The notes under the pieces were generated by a model, which did not search any database, was not told the DNA's origin, and saw only the letters and a list, made by a program, of their open reading frames with translations. Positions 59,901 to 64,000 of a DNA stretch of 64,000 bases are shown piece by piece; position 1 is the first letter of the stretch, and each line of letters begins with the position of its first letter. The position numbers and the translations under genes are program-made. The stretch lies in assembly GCA_030704615.1 (NCBI GenBank), contig CM060734.1:63488001-63552000 (forward strand). The letters run 5' to 3'. This DNA is from Takakia lepidozioides (lineage: Eukaryota > Plantae > Bryophyta).

Positions 59901-62900
59901 GTGATGCAACCATACTAGCCTTTATGTTTGCGGATGACTTCACAGGCATAGGGGAGACTGCTTCCAATCTCCATTCATTGATGGTGAGGATAGCTCAGCT
60001 TATTTGATGCAAGACAAGTTTTGTTCTCTGAGAAGAGGCGATGTGTGAAATAAACATGGGCTCCTCCATATGTTGTTGCACATGCCATATTCGCCACGAC
60101 ACTAAGTATTGATGGTGTGGGGGTCCAGTGCATTTCACCTGGGCTACAACATGCTGTTAAATCAGATGCGGTGTGAAGAAAGCAATCCCGAAGAGCTATT
60201 GCGGCAGTCATTCCACCAGTTCCAGTCTGACCATGCTTTGCCACAGCTCCAGGTGAGTTCTCTCCTCTACCTTCTTGATTGTGACACATGCTCTATGGCT
60301 TATGGGTGGGCTGTGTATGCTGCACATGAATTATGAGTGCTTTCCCATGTGATCACCAATACCCTTTGGCTTTTAAGCTATCTCGATGCTGAAGGTGGAA
60401 ATGAACGATTTTGGCTCTGTTTCACCAAAAAGCAGTACGACCCGCTCTTGATCACTCCACAACAAGCTCGATGATGTTCTGTAGTGGGTGACTGGTTGCT
60501 GACTAGGCTGTTGCAGTATGCTACCCCATTAACTGTCTGTGTTTTCTGTAGAGCAGAAACGGGTGAAGGAACTGGAAGAGGAGCGGGAGGGCATAAGTAT
60601 CGAGGGTGAGGACCAAGTCCAAGACTACTACATGCTACTCCATCAGCTGTACAGCTTGAGGTCTGACATCCGCAGCATTGCTTTTTCTCCTCGCTACTGC
60701 CTGCCCTTTCTTCAGCCTGGTCGGTTAGTACGACTTGTACCCTGCACCAAGGAAGGTGAGGATGCAGTGCTGGCTATGAATGGTGCACCAATTTGGGGGG
60801 TCGTTGTCAACTTTGATAAGGCACCTGGTGCTGCTAAGGAATTGATCGATGGTATGGTTTCCCTTAACCTTGGTTGCCTGCCTGTCTTGTTTTTGTTTGT
60901 TCAGGGTTTAAGGTTGTGTGTTAAAGCAACCAGGGAGTTGAAAAGCTTATGTTTCTCATGGGGAGTGGTGAACTGTGCTACCAGATATATTTGTGGAATG
61001 GGAGGAGACTGCAGTTTTCGCTGGCAATATAATGTTTCCAAATCCCATAAACAAGAAATATGCCATAGGGTAGTGATCAGTATCTCCGTAGGCAGGCATG
61101 GTATTACAACTTACTGTGCAATGATTCATAGGCAGGAAGATTGCCTGTTTTTGCACAGTGGAAGACAAGCAACGTGAAGAACATCGGATAAGGCATGTCA
61201 GAATCATACAGAGGGGGTTGTGCATGTTGGCTTGCGTACAGAGGATGGTGGAAGCCCCCAGGCAGATGAAGCTAAATACAGGATAGATGTGCTTGCCAAT
61301 TGTTTAACGTGTGACGTGGGAGGGCATCACAAACTGGTGCAGCCTGTGTCCCTGGATGAGACAGGGGAGCCGGCAGTAGCAGCTATCTCCCTTTTGCAGG
61401 CCTGTGTTCATTGTCCTATTTCCACTCTGTTTCTAGGTGCTTCCTCATGTTAGTCTTGCATTATCTTCTAGTCTACATTTTAGACGGTAAGCAATCGTCT
61501 GTTCCACTTTGTATAACTCTTCCTGAACAGTATTTGTGATGATAAGCTTTCCGTTTTTCCATGCCAGAATGTAGTATTGTGGGCTTGTTGGCCTCATCAA
61601 GTTGAATGGGATTGGACTGAGATGGACAGGTTGAGAGCTTGAGTGCGATACGCATCTACATTCCTAAGGACCTGCGACCTATTGAAGCACGTGAACGGTG
61701 CCTGAAAACAGTTATGGAGGTGCTGCGCCGCTTCCCTGAAGGCCCTCAACAGCTTGACCCGGAGGACGATATGCAGGTGAGATAATCACACCTTACATGA
61801 GAGGATGGAGGGGTTTTCAGAAGAAACAGGTGGAGACACAGATGGTTGGAAAGGACAGTGGACAGTCCAGATGGATTTGGAGATTGATGCAGACAGAGAT
61901 AGAATTGAAGAATCAAATGGGTACATCAGAGAGACAAACAGTCACATGAAAGTGACACTGATTGGATAGAAAGGGATGGCCAGGGATGGCCAGTAGTCAG
62001 GATCTGATTAGAGGGGGAGTATTAGCTGGAGCCTTGTAGCCATAGACTCCAGAGGCTGTTGAGACACAGCAGAAATAGCAGGGGGCTTAAATATGGGTAA
62101 TACCATTGCCAGAGTTTCCTGAATATTAAAGTTGATTCTCGCCTTAGAGAGTCTTTTCAGGATTCTGACACAAGGAGCAGCTTTCTATCCAAGCTGTTTG
62201 AAAGAGGTGTAGCGAGTTTTATTCTTGGAGCCAGTTGTCTGAAGGATGTTCATTGCATTAGATTAAGGATCCTCTGGTATCCTCAACTGACGGCCCCTTA
62301 ATTCTTACTAGTCTCAAACGCTTGCAATGGTAGAGCATATGGAGTTTCCAAAGAGGCAGTGCTCTTCATCCTGATTGGTATGGTCCAGTGCCCATGTCAT
62401 CTACGTAGACCATGAGATATCATGAGGCTGTAGAAATGTGATTGGGACTCAGCATGTAGATCTCACCCAGGCTACGCCTAGGTATGGTGAGACCCATAGA
62501 TCTAGGGAGATGTGATAGTGGCAGCAGCTGACAGGCCAGTCTATGACATGGGTGGAGTGGACAGGTGGAGAGTGGGGCATATAAGAAGGCCATCCGGAGA
62601 GTTGAGGCAGTAGAGGTTCTTCTTGCAGGGCATGCCCTGGCCCAGTCGCCTACACTAGGTCCACGCCTGCGCACTTTTTGCCACAAGGAGGATCTGACTG
62701 CATGCATACGCTTGGCACGTAAGGAAGTGCGTGCTGCTTCTACATTGGTATTTAAGGATGAACTAAAGGGGCGACGGCGCGTTCTGCGACGCCTGGGGTA
62801 AGTTATTCTGAGATTCTGCACTGTTTTTTCATTGCATTCTTTCCTTTCTAGTGTCATCCATGTGTCGGCAACTTGTATGTGGCCTTCTCTGTATAGAACT

Positions 62901-63936
62901 GAGGCTATTCCGATGTTTTCTTTTGTCCGTTCGTTGTTCAACAATCGTAACAAGGGAGAGGTTCGCAATAAAGTCTTGACCACTCTCAGATTGCTGTTGT
63001 GCTATGTCATAAGAGTTTGACATGAGAGCTAATTTGCCCGTCTTCCTATTTGCAGGGGTAGATTATGAAAAGGGAGGGATACATTGTTTAAAAGTGGGCA
63101 TATTGTGGATGCGCGCAGTTATTCAACAGCAGACGATGTGGTGGAGCTTAAGGGACGGGTTGCATGTGAGATCAGCAGCGCTGATGAGCTTATACTGACT
63201 GAGCTCATGTTTGGAGGCACACTAAAGGATGCCACTGTGGAGCAGGTTGTGGCGCTGCTGTCCTGCTTTGTGTGGCAGGAAAAGACAAAGAATTTCACCA
63301 AGTTGCGAGAGGACCTTTCTGGCCCCTTCTCTCAATTAAGGGATGTGGCTCGCCAAGTTGGTAAAGTCCAGGTTGAGTGTAAGGTATTTACAACCATCCT
63401 CCCTGTTCTGAGAATCCATTCCTACTTCCCAACATCGTCCATATGGGATGCATAATTGATACTGGTTACATGGCTAGTAATCTTCCTTTCCTCTCAAGTT
63501 TTTTCCTGTTGTAGACAGCTGACTTTGACTGAGTTTGGGTGAATGAGGTGGCAAGTGGGTTGTCTTCAACAGGAGATTTGGGTGTGCACTTGTGTAAGCC
63601 GGAACTAAGGACTTATGATCTAGTTTTAATATGGCTTGAGTGGTGTGGACACAGCAGATGCCCCTCGATGTGGAGGATTATGTGGCCTCATTCCGGCCTG
63701 ATATAATGGAGGTAGTTTATACTTGGTGTAAAGGTGCCAAATTTTTGGAGGTAATGAGAACCACACAAGTGTTTGAGGGTAGCCTTATCCGAGCTCTTAA
63801 GCGTTTAGAGGAGGTGTTGCAGCAGCTGGTGGTGGCATCACGGGCAATTGGTGAGACTGACCTAGAATTAAAGTTTGAGGACGGAATAGTTAAGATCAAA
63901 AGAGATATTGTATTTGCAGCTTCATTGTATTTATAA
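46093..63936 (+). CDS. MTR4: Ski2-like DExH-box RNA helicase MTR4 (nuclear exosome cofactor), 14 exons, ~1007 aa: 46093-46389, 46849-47049, 47872-48090, 51484-51822, 52031-52135, 52244-52354, 52810-53060, 60129-60252, 60557-60851, 61242-61399, 61630-61776, 62565-62797, 63119-63383, 63658-63936
   Basis: Motifs [29 protein letters not shown] and [10 protein letters not shown], the arch region, and C-terminal [12 protein letters not shown]. Exon lengths sum to 3024 nt in frame. FSIGLN and the arch region look closer to MTR4 than to HEN2, but a tree is needed. Confidence 0.92.
47084..47115. repeat. (GT)16 microsatellite in MTR4 intron 2
   Basis: Direct reading of the sequence. Confidence 0.95.
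49182..49552. repeat. Near-perfect 185-bp tandem duplication in MTR4 intron 3
   Basis: 49182-49366 vs 49367-49551 differ at about one position. An older partial copy lies at ~49058. Confidence 0.95.
50150..50943 (+). mobile_element. 3' portion of an RTE/RTEX-like LINE with CCHC finger and (CT)n tail
   Basis: [13 protein letters not shown]; RLQFKLR; [21 protein letters not shown]; tail GGCTACGGCAAACAACGTCTTATGAGTACATT(CT)n. Confidence 0.75.
53820..55215 (+). mobile_element. Stack of 5'-truncated copies and tails of the same LINE plus a SINE-like partner
   Basis: Tail motif at ~53825, ~54065, ~54510 and ~55170. ORF 54682-55158 reads [24 protein letters not shown]. Confidence 0.75.
55387..55830 (-). 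mobile_element. L1-type LINE zf-RVT remnant (second copy at ~48620-48800)
   Basis: LWRWLW...[12 protein letters not shown]...CRRC. The DNA is similar to 48640-48740. Confidence 0.55.
58560..60007 (+). mobile_element. RTE/RTEX-like LINE reverse transcriptase fragment ending ~130 bp before MTR4 exon 8
   Basis: [56 protein letters not shown] and FADD, with frameshifts. Confidence 0.9.
59165..59232 (-). mobile_element. Probable Helitron 3' terminus inserted in the LINE
   Basis: Minus strand: GC-rich hairpin GCTCGCC...GGCGAGC, a 10-nt spacer, then CTAG followed by T. Confidence 0.5.
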
Positions 63937-64000
63937 AATACATCCATCCAATGGATCAGCAAATACTTGGCAGGTGTTGGATATCTGAGCAGTGTTTTTT

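Noticed and set aside
2724-63936. ZOP1, PPR and MTR4 as an RNA-processing gene cluster
   Set aside because: Different compartments and pathways, separated by ~27 kb of TEs; no evidence of co-regulation.

Overview
Eukaryotic nuclear DNA from a land plant. A non-seed lineage (bryophyte, lycophyte or fern) is inferred from the highly regular PLS-PPR array, a chromovirus, and CRE-like and RTE/RTEX-like LINEs. Left gene block: a 2-exon small membrane protein gene (-), divergent from a 5-exon ZOP1-like U1-zinc-finger/OCRE splicing factor (+), then a PLS-class PPR gene (-) preceded by decaying OSB-type PDF-motif exons. About 15-42 kb is a rearranged TE graveyard: a CRE-like RT, a gypsy gag-protease, a Harbinger element with an internal inversion, a chromovirus split by an inversion and carrying a captured RVE-type MYB gene fragment, a ~5.5 kb inverted repeat array with tRNA-like Pol III boxes, and a SINE. 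Right block: a 2-exon LOB-domain gene and a complete 14-exon MTR4-type exosome helicase gene (~1007 aa) with LINE/SINE-filled introns. The most unusual signals are (1) introns with reversed polarity (C/U-rich 5' ends, G-rich 3' ends without a polypyrimidine tract) whose ends can base-pair, (2) the PDF-motif-PPR fusion with code-position variation on near-identical repeats, and (3) DNA-level capture of a clock-gene fragment inside a retrotransposon. All gene models were assembled by eye and need RNA-seq confirmation.
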